Origin: Octopus sinensis
Lineage: Eukaryota
DNA length: 64,000 nt
NCBI RefSeq assembly: GCF_006345805.1
Contig: NC_042999.1
Location: 14,446,001 to 14,510,000 of the forward strand
Direction: 5' to 3'
Under the pieces are notes generated by a model. It was not told the DNA's origin. It searched no databases and worked only from the letters and a program-made list of their open reading frames with translations. A program made the position numbers and the translations under genes. Shown here in pieces: positions 1-11,738 of this stretch (positions within the stretch are counted from its first letter, which is position 1; each line of letters opens with the position of its first letter).

Positions 1-130
1 GTAAAATCAACGAATTCCGGTTATCAAATAAATAAAAATAAACATAAAAACAAAAAAAAGAAACACAACTCTATAGTGTGTCGTTATATTTTTAAATATA
101 TTTTCATATACTTCTTCTATCACTTTATGA

Positions 131-337
131 AACACACACACACACACACACGCATGCACATGTATGTATGTATGTATGTATGTATGTATGTATGTATGAT
201 GGATATATGTATGTATAGAGAGAGAAAGAGAAATACGCATGTATACGCACACTTATATATATATATATATATATATGCACATACATTGACACATATATGT
301 GCACATACACACCAAACATGTCGATACATAGACATAC

Positions 338-383
<46 letters not shown>

Positions 384-570
384 ACATGCTTATCATTTTT
401 ATTAACCCTCTTCTTATCTCTCTTCCTCTCTACCCCTCCCTCTCACATCATACCTTTTCAGACAAATTGGAGGTATTTAAACAAAGCAACCAACGACTTC
501 ACAGTTGCACGCATGCACACTGACACACACACACACTCACTGACACACACACACACACACACTCACACAC
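131..570. repeat. Compound microsatellite tract (CA)n/(TATG)n/(TA)n
   Basis: Runs of ca, tatg and ta read directly; they explain the HT/YI-type ORFs here. Confidence 0.95.
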
Positions 571-705
571 AACACAAATATTAGTATTAGGTTCTCATTC
601 ATTACGTCAGTGCAATGTTTTTTTGTTTTTCGTTTAGTTCTTTTTTTGTTGTTATTTTTCTAATTGTTAAATGAAACTCGATTTCCAATATTTCTATGTC
701 ACGGT

Positions 706-706
706 G

Positions 707-737
<31 letters not shown>

Positions 738-959
738 AGGAGGCAGCAGCGGCGGCGGTGGTGGTGTCGGTGGTAGTGGTATCAGGTGAGAAGAATGCTT
801 AAATACCTATTCATCAAATGATACCTGAGACAGCAAGCGATTCCTGCACTTCCCTCTTTTCTCGACTTGTTACTATTGTTACAGATAAACACACACACTT
901 ACACACACTTACACACACTGCGCTTCCCTCTCTACCCCCTTCTCTCTCTCTCTACCCCC

Positions 960-998
<39 letters not shown>

Positions 999-1000
999 GT
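706..1000. repeat. (TAG)n/(GGT,GGC)n trinucleotide run followed by (CT)n
   Basis: gtagtagtag...ggtggtggaggaggcagcagcggcggcggt at 706-781; ctctct at about 925-998. Confidence 0.9.
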
Positions 1001-1256
1001 ACTCCTCGGAATTGATGGAAAAGCTGTGTCGAATTATCAACTCATTCATTCATTAGTAAGCTCCGTGTAGTAGACGTTTTGGCTGTTGTTATCATTGTTA
1101 TTCTTTATTACTTCCATTGTAAGTAAAAAAAAAAGATCGGTTTGGTTGAGTCTGTGACATTCTCTCACACGCGAAGTCTAATTTGTATTCCGGCAAAAAA
1201 AAATATAGATAAATAAAACGAAAGAAAAGAAGAAAACTATAATAAAAAGAAAGAAA

Positions 1257-1300
1257 ATGGTGGCGGACGTGGGGGAGGACGTCGTTCGTTTTTGTGAGGC
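1257..1300 (+). CDS. Candidate first coding exon of an unidentified gene (MVADVGEDVVRFCEA, phase-2 intron)
   Basis: ATG in aaagaaaATGG context after an A-rich leader; 44 nt open; consensus donor GC|GTAAGT at 1301. The peptide is not recognised and no downstream exon is established. Confidence 0.45.
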
Positions 1301-1609
1301 GTAAGTGTAGTTTAAAGTAAAAGTTTGGTGCAGGAAATTAATAAACGATATTATTATTAGGAAATTCATTCCAATTTTCCGATAATAATAGTAATAATAA
1401 TAATAATAGTAGTAGTAGTACATGGAACAAATGTGGAGCACTTTCCCTAGCAGAAAGCAGCACTGCTTGGAACTGCTCGAATACTCTGGATGGTTGCTTG
1501 AAAAATAAGGGGTGTTACCTTAGTTTACTGTTAAAGAACAGCTGACACTGTAGTACATCTCCAGTGTTAGAAGCTGTGCAGAGGCAATATAATAATAATA
1601 ATGATAATA

Positions 1610-1960
1610 ATAATTTCTGCTATAGGCACAAGGCTTGAAATTTGGTGAAGGAGATAAGTCGATTTCATCGACCCCAGTGTTACACTGGTACTTAATTTAT
1701 CGATCCTTGGCGTTAGGAAGGGCATCCAGCTGTAGAAACACTGCCAGATCTGACTGGATTGGTGCAGCTTTCGGGCTCCCCAGACCCCAGTTGAACCGTC
1801 CAACCCATGCTAGCATGGAAAGCGGACGTTAAATGATGATGATGATGATGAAAAGGATGAAAGGCAAAGCCAGCCTTTGCGGAATTTGAACTCAGAATAT
1901 AGCTACAAATGAAATACCACTAAGCATTTCTCTTGGTGCGTTAATGATTCTGCCATCTTG
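1610..1960 (-). mobile_element. SINE family B (tRNA-type head, Nin/Deu-like core), interrupted by a family C copy
   Basis: Reverse complement of gagttcaaattcc...ctttgcctttcatcctt...cgataaattaagtaccag; split at 1706/1851. Confidence 0.85.
1707..1850 (+). mobile_element. SINE family C (Meta-like), 5'-truncated, (GAT)n tail
   Basis: ttggcgttaggaagggcatccagctgtagaaac core; palindrome CCATGCTAGCATGG at 1805-1818; gatgatgat tail. Confidence 0.9.
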
Positions 1961-2159
1961 CTGTCTTTTTTTTTTAAGTTGTCCCTGGCGAATAATAATA
2001 ATAATAATAATAATTGCTTCTGGTTTAGGCTCAATACCAGCAGTTTTGAAAGAAAAGGATCAGTGAACATCATCCATTCCAGTATTTGTCTGGTACTTAG
2101 TTTTATCAAACGCCGGAGGAATGGAAAGCAAAGTTGGTTCCCAGCATGGTTAATAATAA

Positions 2160-2592
2160 TTCTTCCTACAACAGGCACAAGACCTGAAATTTTGTGGAAG
2201 AGCACTAATGTAATTGATTTCCATACTCAACTGGTATCTATTTTATCAACCCCAAATAGATGAAGGCAAAGTCAACCTTAGCTGAATTTGAACTCAGAAC
2301 ATAAAGACGATTGAAATACCATTAAGCTATTTGTTTCAGTGTGCTAACAATTCTGCCTATATGCAATATTATTATTATTATTATTAATGAAGGTGGCAGA
2401 ATCATTAGCATGCCACCGGGCGAAATCCTTAGCAGTATTTTTGTCTGTCTTTATATTCTGAGTTCAAATTCTGCCAAGGTTGACTTTGCCTCTAAGAGTC
2501 GATAAATTAAGTACCAGTTGCGCACTGAGGTCGATCTAATTGACTGGTCCCCTCCCACCAAATTTCAAGCATTGTGTGCCTATAGTAGAAAA
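2160..2592. mobile_element. Two family B SINEs head-to-head (minus about 2160-2365, plus about 2388-2592)
   Basis: B-box gagttcaaattc and core present on opposite strands, separated by an (ATT)n run. Confidence 0.8.
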
Positions 2593-2593
2593 G

Positions 2594-2923
2594 GCCAGCC
2601 TCGTCTGGCACCTGTGTCGGTGGCACATAAAAAACACCATCCGAGCGTGGTCGTCTGCTAGCCTTGTCTGGCACCTGTGTCGGTGGCACATAAAAACACC
2701 ATCCGAGCGTGGCCGTTCGCCAGCCTCGTCTGGCACCTGTGTCGGTGGCACATAAAATCACCCACTACACTCTCGGAGTGGTTGGCGTTAGGAAGGACAT
2801 CCAGCTGTAGAAACACTGCCAGATCTGACTGGCCTGGTGCAGCCTTCGGGCTCCCCAGACACCAGTTGAACCGTCCAACCCATGCTAGCATGGAAAGCGG
2901 ACGTTAAATGATGATGATGATGA
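2594..2923 (+). mobile_element. SINE family C with three tandem ~62-bp internal units
   Basis: gccagcctcgtctggcacctgtgtcggtggcacataaaa units start at about 2594, 2657 and 2719, followed by the Meta-like core and (GAT)n tail. Confidence 0.9.
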
Positions 2924-3254
2924 TTATTAATGGTTAAAATCAGGTGAAGAAAAAGTAAAACTGAGATACAAACTATATGTAGTAAATAAACACCCGAATG
3001 ATATAGGAGGGCCTTTAACTAGGTCAAGTACTACCCTGACCAACAAGAGCAAATACCCTCTATCAACTGTTTCCCCAGCCTGCAAACACTCTTGCCATTT
3101 GTACGACATTCACACACCTTTTGACAAATTCATTAGAGGAGAACACTTCTGTCTCAACCTTCATCATCTTCTCCCAAGAGAGCCTGACCACAGAAATAAG
3201 TGTCTGTCTGTGCTCCTTTCATCCTCATCCACCGCATAACCACTTTCACTTTAG

Positions 3255-3635
3255 GTGCTGGTGGCACGTAAAAAGTACCATTCAAGCATGATCGTTACCA
3301 GCATCACCTTACTGGCACTTGTGCCGGTGACACATGAAAGAACATTCAAGCGAGGTCATTGCTAGCGCTGCCAGACTGGCTCCTGTGCAGGTGGCATGTA
3401 AAAAATTACCATTTGAGTGTGGCTGTTGCCAGTACCGCCTGACTGGCCCTTGTGCCGGTGGCATGTAAAAGCACCCACTACACTCTCGGAGTGGTTGGCA
3501 TGAGGAAGGGCATCCAGCTGTAGAAGCTCTGCCAGATCAAGATTGGAGCCTGGTGCAGCCATCTGGTTCGCCTGTCCTAAGTCAAATCGTCCAACCCATG
3601 CCAGCATGGAAAGCAGACATTAAATGATGATGATG
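3255..3635 (+). mobile_element. SINE family C (4 internal units) with 7-bp TSD
   Basis: ACTTTAG at 3248-3254 and 3636-3642 flanks the element. Confidence 0.9.
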
Positions 3636-3923
3636 ACTTTAGCCATCAGACAGAGTAAAATAGGCAGCTTTGCCTGGTTAAGTAGAACAGTGATGATTTC
3701 CTCCAGTGAACTCTGACAATGGCTGGTTCGGTCATCCATGCACAACAACAGCTGTTTGATTCCTGACTTTTGGAGTTAAACCAGTTCAGAGAACACTGAG
3801 CAGATGTGTACTGAACAGTTTTTTCACTCTGCACATATCACTGACAGGACTTTCAAGCTTACAATAGAACTCATTTCAAACCCTTTAGTAGCATTGAAGG
3901 ATTTCTCAATATTATCCATACTT

Positions 3924-4471
3924 AAGGCAGTGAGCTGTTAAAAACATTAGCATGCCGAGTGAAATACTTAGTAGTATTTCGTCTATACATTCTGAGTTCA
4001 AATTCCACCTAGGTCAACTTTGAGTTGCGTACTGGGGTCAATGTAATCGACTTAATCTGTTTATCTGTCCTTGTTTGTCACCCCTATGTTTAGCCCCTTG
4101 TGGGTAATAAAGAAATAGGTATTTCGTCTGCCGTTATGTTCTGAGTTCAAATTCTGCTGAGGTCGACTTGGCCTTTCATCCTTTCGGGGTCGATAAATTA
4201 AGTACCAGTTACGCACTGGAGTCAATATAATCAACTTAATCCATTTGTCTGTCCCCTATGTGGGCAGTAAAAAAATAAGTAACATTAGCATACCAAGTGA
4301 AATACTTAGTAGTATTTCATCTTTACGTTCTGAGTTCAAATTCCACCTAGGTCAACTTTGCCTTTCATCCTTTTGGGCTTGATAAATTAAGTATGAGTTG
4401 CATACTGGGGACAATCTAATTAACTGGCCCCTTCCCCCAAAATTTCAGGCCTTGTGCCTAGAGTAGAAAAG
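3924..4471 (+). mobile_element. Family B SINE trimer with 16-bp TSD
   Basis: Three gagttcaaattc B-boxes (about 3993, 4143, 4332); flanks AATATTATCCATACTT (3908-3923) and AATATTATCTATACTT (4472-4487). Confidence 0.85.
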
Positions 4472-4619
4472 AATATTATCTATACTTGTCTCCCACCTGA
4501 AAGTCCTTAGGAGCAGACACCACCCAGTTTGTCCTTGTCAACATCCAGAGTTTCCTCAGTAATTTTGTAATTCTTTCTCAACTCTAGTCTTCTATATATT
4601 ATTTATGTGGCACTGCTCC

Positions 4620-4960
4620 ATCTGATGATAGAGGGATGATGAGCACCTGATAACATCAAATAATGATTTCCTTCAATGCCACAAGGACAAAGGGTGAGGG
4701 ACATTATAAAGACAATATTGAGGGGTTTGATTTAGTATGGCAAACATGAAATACATAATAAAAACATTAACACATGAAGATACAATAAAACTATTTGTCA
4801 GGAAATGGCCTGTTGTCTCTATTAGATCTCTTGGCAATGTTTTATCTCCTGTCTGCCTTCCCCTATTTAGGTAGATTTTCCCACATCTAATAAGCAAATA
4901 TAAAGTGTTTTCCTAAACTGTAGTTGGTATAGCTAAAATGTGTGCTGCTTGGGGTAGCCC
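4620..4960 (-). pseudogene. Decayed GIY-YIG endonuclease region of a Penelope-like element
   Basis: Minus strand NTLYLLIRCGKIY...GRQTGD..LPRD....GHF, with IGE in the adjacent frame; resembles the PLE pattern NVIYCI.C..C.KIYIGETGRRLGDRF.EHLRD...HF. Confidence 0.5.
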
Positions 4961-5131
4961 TAGACCTTGCCATCCAACTCCCCAGCCCCCAGGGCCTATA
5001 CAAACATATACAGAAGACCCAAAAGTTCAACATCCATAAAAGTCTTTGTCCAGATCAAACCATCCTCCTCACCTCACCCTTACCCCAGCAATGATGCTAT
5101 TCCCAGTTTTATAAAATGGTCTCAATACAAG

Positions 5132-5283
5132 GGGATAAGCACCTTAGAATAATCAAAGAACTCCTTAGAAATTCTGACTACTCTGACTAACCAAAGCCCA
5201 CAAGCCAAAGGGATAAGCACCTTAGAATGATCAAAGAACTCCTTAGAAATTCTGACTACTCTGACTAACCAAAGCCCACAGCC
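5132..5283. repeat. 78-bp tandem duplication (2 copies)
   Basis: gggataagcaccttagaat(a/g)atcaaagaactccttagaaattctgactactctgactaaccaaagcccaca starts at 5132 and 5210. Confidence 0.95.
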
Positions 5284-6059
5284 TATGGGGCTCATTTTCA
5301 GAGAAGGCCCATTCATTCAGGTCATACTTGTAACTGTTTCCCTACTTTAACCAAATTTACATGAGGACGGCATTTCCTTCCCTCTCTTCTTTCATATTCC
5401 CATTACAAATAATACTTGAAAAACAAAATGATGAAGGGCTTTACTAAAGAGGAATAAACTGTTCTCAGTCCCCTCTGTTATCCATTGTACTAGAGATTTT
5501 TTTTCCTTTTGTTAAACAAAAGCCACCAGACTTCAAACATTGTCATATGACAAAAGAAATTTGATCGATACACTAGTACTTGATTGGTACATGTTTTGTT
5601 AACTCTGCAAAGGATCAAAGGCAAAGTCAACTCCTTTTGGGGATTTGAAACCAATGATTTCTAAAATTGGAACAAAACCAAAATTTCTGGCTGAGAGCTC
5701 ATAGTTGATTAAATCAATGCTTTTAGTTATTGACTTATTTATTTTATCGACCTCAGAAGGATGACAAACAAAGACGACCCCCACCCCAGTCCTCTCCAAC
5801 AAGATTTGAAGTGTAAATGGAGATGGATAAATAGCAGTAATGTTATTGACTATATTCTGTTAAATTATAATTTCATTATATATATTTTTTATTCTGGCTT
5901 CCATTTTACTTTTATGTGAAATCTATAATATTCCAATCTCATAACTTTACTTTGGTTTCCAGACCAAGTCCATTCTACAGTCACCTGATACCATAAGCTC
6001 GTCCTCAGCAATGGTTTTTCCTTATCAACACTTTCCATTAACTTTCAAGACATTAAAGA

Positions 6060-6280
6060 CATATTAAAGCTGATGGGAAAATAATAGATTACAAATGATA
6101 TAGGAGGACCTCACAGATCCCTGATTGGTTACCCTGGCTAACAAAAGCAAGCGCCCTTTCCAAACAGTTTCTCCAACATGCAGACACCTGCTTAAAATAG
6201 TTTCATCTTCTCTTGTAATTTTCTGACAGTTTTCTTTCAGCCTTCTGGCAATTTTCTGTTCGGCTAAAGTCCCAAATATA
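6060..6280 (-). pseudogene. Second 3' end fragment of the same L1/Tx1-type family
   Basis: Reverse complement shares ttgct.ttgtt.g.cagggta...gg.cctcctatat with 3000-3070. Confidence 0.45.
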
Positions 6281-6481
6281 ACTGAAAAAAATTTTTTTTT
6301 ATTCATGTGACCCTTTTGTTACCTGATTTCTGCTGAAATACACTGCCTTTGTTTCAATTAACTTTTAAGATAATGAAGAGTTTTTTTATTGCACTTTAAA
6401 AGCAGGAAGTTTGTATCATATACCCAAAGGCAGTCTTGGACAGGCTGTTGTCAAAATAGTAATTCTCAATAGCTGTAAACA

Positions 6482-7381
6482 ATCATCATCATCATCATCA
6501 TTTAATGTCTGCTTTCCATGCTAGCATGGGTTGGACGATTTGACTGAGGACTGGTGAACCAGATGGCTGTGCCAGGCTCCAATTAGATCTGGCAGAGCTT
6601 CTACAGCTGGATGCCCTTCCTAATGCCAACCACTCCGAGAGTGTAGTGGGTGCTTTTACATGCCATCAGCACAAGGGCCAGTCTGGTGGTACTGGCAACG
6701 GCCACGCTCGAAATGGTGTTTTTTATGTGCCACCTGCACATATAAAAAAAAGAGTATTATTGACTTATAATGAAGACAACAAGAGACAAATATATTTTCC
6801 CAATATTTTCTGTGGGGTTCAGTTTAGCTACACTATGCTACACTATGTGCACCTTTGTAAATCCTGCACTGGAAAATATCTTTGATGTCCACTTTGTGTT
6901 AATGTGCCTATTTTGTGTAACCCTTCTCCAGATAATGACATAGTATGCCAAAGGAATGGAAAGAAACACCTGGCAAAGCTTCAGCAAGATAACTAAACCA
7001 GTTTATGAAGAGGATGTAAAGTTGATTACAACTTTATAGTTCAGGATATGTCTTTTGTACATATCCTATTGACCTTATATAAAGATTTTGCAACCCACAG
7101 CAGGACAAAACTGAAAACTTGTAATAACTAGTCAGTTGCCTTTTCATCTCTGTTAGTCATAATAATCATCATCATCATCGTTCAACGTCCGCTTTCCATG
7201 CTAGCATGGGTTGGACGATTTTGACTGAGGTCTGGTGAACCAGATGGCTGCACCAGGCTCCAATCTTGATCTGGCAGAGCTTCTACAGCTGGATGCCCTT
7301 CCTAACGCCAACCACTCCGAGAGTGTAGTGGGTGTTTTTACATGCCACTGGCACAGGGGCCAGTCAGGCGGTACTGGCAAT
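6482..7381 (-). mobile_element. Two family C SINEs (about 6482-6740 and 7162-7381)
   Basis: (CAT)n then ttta.cgtccgctttccatgctagcatgg...ctacagctggatgcccttcctaa.gccaacc. Confidence 0.9.
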
Positions 7382-7615
7382 AATAATGATGATAATTTCT
7401 TTATTTGCCACAGGGCACCATCATTATCATCATCACCATTGTCATCAACCCCATTATCATCATCGTCGTCGTCATCATCCTCATCAGCATCTCTACAATC
7501 CTCTCACACTGCTGGGGAGGGCCTGAAAGTATTATGAACATTTTGGACATAACCCTACGTTCTCAGAATAAAAGAAGTAAGGAAATATTACCATCACCAT
7601 CATTGTTGATATCAC

Positions 7616-7726
<111 letters not shown>

Positions 7727-8609
7727 TTTTACTGTCATCATATCTTCCTTCACTCTTTTCATCACCATCATCCAATCACCCATCTTCCTCACCATTATCT
7801 TATTAGTAGTAATAGTAATTATGATGTCGGTGATGGTTATGGGTGACATTAATAGCAACGGCAGTGGTGGTGATGGTACTAGCTGTGGTAGTGGTACAAA
7901 TGGTAGTAGTAGTAATAGTAGCAGTAGTGGTAGTAATGGTAGTGGTGGTGGTGGTAGTAGTCGTAACAACAACTAATTAAAATGGAATTTGTGTTTGGCG
8001 AGAGGAAGGGGAATGAATATGCTTGCATTAACCATTCGCATTTAGATGGAAGAACCACTGATGGAAAACTAAATTATTTGATTTCCTGATTGATTGTACG
8101 AAAATGGGCCGCGATGGAAAGTGGTGATGGTGGTGGGGGGGAGGGGTGGGTGGCAGGATGAGGAGTGATGCTGCTTCAAGATGGTAAAGAAGCAGGTGGA
8201 GGAGAAGAAAGAAAAAGAAGTGCTGATGGCATGGCAAAGAAGGAGAAGAAGAAGGAGGAGTGGTGTCGGCGCTTCTGATGATTAATTCGTAAATTCTTAC
8301 CAAGAATGGTTTTTTGTTTTTTCTCTTGGTATATTTTTTTAATTTAATTTAATTTTTTTCTTTTTTCCTTTTTTTTTTTTTTACTTTTTCTATCTGTCTC
8401 TTTTGGGTTTTGGCCGTTGTTATTGTTGTGGTGGTTGTTGTTGTTGTTGTTAATGTTGTGGTTTGGACATCATAAATAAAAATAATTCAAAATGAATAAA
8501 TAAATAGAAATAAAAAAAGGAACGGACGAGCATGTTGATATCGACAACGTTCGATCGACTTCGTCGCTCCCACCCCCCTAACAGCTATCACCACACAGAG
8601 AGAGGGATA

Positions 8610-9202
8610 GACAGTGTGTGCGTATGTGTGTGTATGCATACACACATATGCATATGAATGTTATGTGTATGTCCATATGTGTGTATGTGTACATATGTAT
8701 ATGCAGATATGAGTGTATATGTACATGTGTATATGTATATATATGTGTATATGCAGATATGAGTGTATATGTACATGTGTATATGCATATATATATATGT
8801 GTATATGCAGATATTTATATACATATGTATAGGCAGATATGTGTATGTATGTGCATGTGTATATGCACATGTCTGTATGTACATATATGTGTCGTTTATG
8901 TGTACACCCACCAGAAAAATTGCCATAATAAATATGAATATGTATGTATAGGTATATGAATGTAGCTAAGTGTATGTATGTGTGTATACATACACATGTG
9001 TATGTATCTCTGTGAGTTATATACACGTGTGTGTGTGTATGTGTGAATATATACACACGTACATATCTGTATGTGTACATACATATATGTATGTCTATGT
9101 AACTATATATGTGTGTGTATATATGTGCAATACCATAACTGGCATAACAAATATATGCGTGTACATATTTATATATATATATATACATATATGCATAGAT
9201 AT

Positions 9203-9238
<36 letters not shown>

Positions 9239-9780
9239 CACACGTACATATATATATATATATTATATATATATATATATACACACGTACATATATATAT
9301 ATATATATAGATATATATATATATACACACGTACATATACATATATACATATATATATATATATATGTATGTATGTACATGTGTGTGTATATATATATAT
9401 AAATATGTACACGCATATATTTGTTATGCCAGTTTTATATGAATATAGATAAGTGTGTGTCTGTATATGTAGACAGATATGTATGTATGTTTATATGTTT
9501 GTATATGCATACACATATATGTATATGTGCGTGTGTGAAGTATGTTCATACATGTATGTATATCTACACACTTACACACACACACATATATACATACACA
9601 CACATGCACATATACAGCAACCACAACTGCCATAACAAACCTACACATGAATTTATACTTGCATAGATGTATGAATGTTTGTATTTATATAGATACACTT
9701 ATGTATACACATACACAAACACACACCTCCTTTTACTAAAACACATAGAACACCACATACATACACATTTATGTAAGTAT
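8610..9780. repeat. Large compound (TA)/(TG)/(CA) microsatellite with short higher-order repeats
   Basis: For example atgcagatatgagtgtatatgtacatgtgtat occurs twice near 8701 and 8751. Confidence 0.95.
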
Positions 9781-10015
9781 ATAATTCTTTTACTTGCTGC
9801 AATCATTGAACTGTAACCATAGTGGAGCACCGCCCTCGAGAGCTTAGTCAATCATATTGGCCTCTCTGTTTTATTTCAGTCTGATATTCAAATTAGCTAA
9901 TTTTATTTCATCAAACTTGTAAGTTACAGAGTATAAAATGATACGTCAATAACACTGGTTTTTTAGACTGGTGCAGACAAAACCATGGCCACTGACATGC
10001 ACATATATATTCATA

Positions 10016-10240
10016 CGAGGTCTGATCAAAAAGTATTAGAACTCCAGGACTGGCACTACAAAAAGAAAACTACAACACTTATCAATTTGACATTTAATTT
10101 CCTTCAAGATCATTCCCTTCTGAAGACATAAACTTTATCCAGCATTGTTTCCATTGATGGAAGCATTCCCGGAACTACAATTTTGAGATAGCCTTGTCAC
10201 ATTCTCTTGGATTTTCTTGATGTCTTGTTCCTTTCAGGCA
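10016..10240 (-). mobile_element. mariner transposon 3' relic (TIR plus transposase C-terminus)
   Basis: TA|CGAGGTCTGATCAAAAAGTAT terminus; minus-strand LKG..DIKKIQENVT..FRECFHQWKQCWIKFMSSEGNDLEGN* resembles the mariner C-terminus. Confidence 0.8.
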
Positions 10241-11339
10241 ATATAGGCTCAAGTATTCCTTTCTTCAGCTTAATTGTGCTTCCTTGACTGCTGCCTATGT
10301 ATATATAGGTATGTTTGTGTGTGTGTGTATTTGTGTGTGTACAATCATATCTTCTTGACATTGTACAAGAGTATCCTTTGTTTCCAATTTTCCATGAAAA
10401 CGTGTCCTACTATGGGGAAATGTCATCTTCCTTGGAAACAGGTAGGGGTTGGCTGCAGGAAGTGTTTCCAGCTGTAGAAAATTTGCCTCAGTAAATTCTG
10501 ATCAGCTAATGCAAGCATGAAAAAGTAGGTACTAAAACGATGATAGTGATATTGATGACAACAGCCATACCTACCAATCTAAAGACTTATTGCTTATTAT
10601 AAAAAAATGGAATAAAGAACAGAATCACACATACCAAAATTGACATGTCTGGGACACTGATAATATAAATGGGCAACAAAAATCAATTTGAATTTTTACA
10701 AATTTTATTCATTGTTTTCTTATATATATATATATAGTTTTTTTTTTGCTACTAACAGAAACCATTTTTTGATTTCTCATATTCTGTTTTTCTTTATGTT
10801 TTGAATCAATTCACCTGACATCGAATATCTGTCAAATCGTAAACCTGGACAGTTCTTTAAGAGGGGACTCAAATACTTGTAATTTGTATCGCAACTTTAG
10901 TGTGATAAAATATAGCCAATTGCTTGACCTTTCTTGATCTAGAAATATATATCAATGATCGATTTACATCTTGAAGGAAAAGGAAAAAGAAATTACAATA
11001 ACGACAAAAAAATTAATGATAAAAAAATATCAGATAGGGTTGGGTGTACATAAATTTCTCCAAGACTGTTAAAGTGATGAACCAATAAAAGAGAGCCTCA
11101 GCATGATTGCTTGATCTGATAGAATTAGCAAGTAAGGCTGTGTCATTAGGAAGTAAGTTTTGTAGTCATATAGTCTTAAGCTCCATCTCTCTGTACAGCA
11201 TTTCAGTAAAGTGTCTTCCGTTTCTGCCATAACCTCTAGTTTATTATGTTGTAAATAGAATTTTACTGATCGGCAAGTGTTTTGAATCGGCAAGCCTTCA
11301 TGTGTATCCATATACATGTGTACACATATCATCTTCATG

Positions 11340-11700
11340 AAACAAAAGATACACATATATATTACATCTTTTCTTTTGTTCTGGTCATTGGATTGTTGGG
11401 GTCCTGGGGCAGAATCTTGAAGGATTTAATCATAGAAATCGACCCTGATAAGCCTGGCACTTATTCTATTGAGGACATAAACACACCAGCTCCAGTTGCC
11501 AGATGACAGTGAGGGACACATACATACACATACACACACAGAGGATGGACTACTTTCAGTTTCTGTCCATCAAATCCATGCTTTAAGGATTTGGTTGTTC
11601 CAGAACCCTAGTTCAAGACACTTGTTCAAGGTACCATGCAGTGGGACTGAAACAGGAACCATATGGTTGGGAAGCAAACTTCTTAACCACACCACCATAC
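11340..11700 (-). mobile_element. SINE family A (tRNA-type head, CORE-like)
   Basis: Reverse complement of catggtacc ttgaacaagtgtctt...gatttgatggacagaaactgaaag; diverged copy. Confidence 0.8.
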
Positions 11701-11704
11701 TATA

Positions 11705-11734
<30 letters not shown>

Positions 11735-11738
<4 letters not shown>

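Larger units (their letters stand above)
640..1310 (+). promoter_or_regulatory. CpG-retaining promoter/5'UTR-like region
   Basis: Unique sequence visibly richer in CG than its flanks (not counted); three + strand donor-like sites: GTGAGA 786, GTAAGT 1119, GTAAGT 1301. Confidence 0.4.
3000..4600 (-). pseudogene. Decayed L1/Tx1-type LINE ORF2 C-terminal region, interrupted by two SINE insertions
   Basis: Minus-strand peptides in the expected order: ETLDVDKDKL, MDNIEKS, QSEKTVQYTSAQC (Zn-knuckle-like), KLPILLCLMAK, VV..WMRMKG, KMMKVETEVFSSNEFVKRCVNVVQMARV. Many stops and frameshifts; family assignment from recall. Confidence 0.65.

Noticed and set aside
2594-2760. ~62-bp periodic repeats with palindromic cores resembling a CRISPR array
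   Set aside because: The whole unit repeats with no unique spacers, it is part of a dispersed SINE, no cas genes are present and the context is eukaryotic.
10238-10308. Exon-like segment (QYRLKYSFLQLNCASLTAAYVYI) in frame with the 1257-1300 exon
   Set aside because: The acceptor lies in the antisense mariner relic, the donor is in TA/TG microsatellite, and the joined peptide is not recognisable; at best a TE exonisation.
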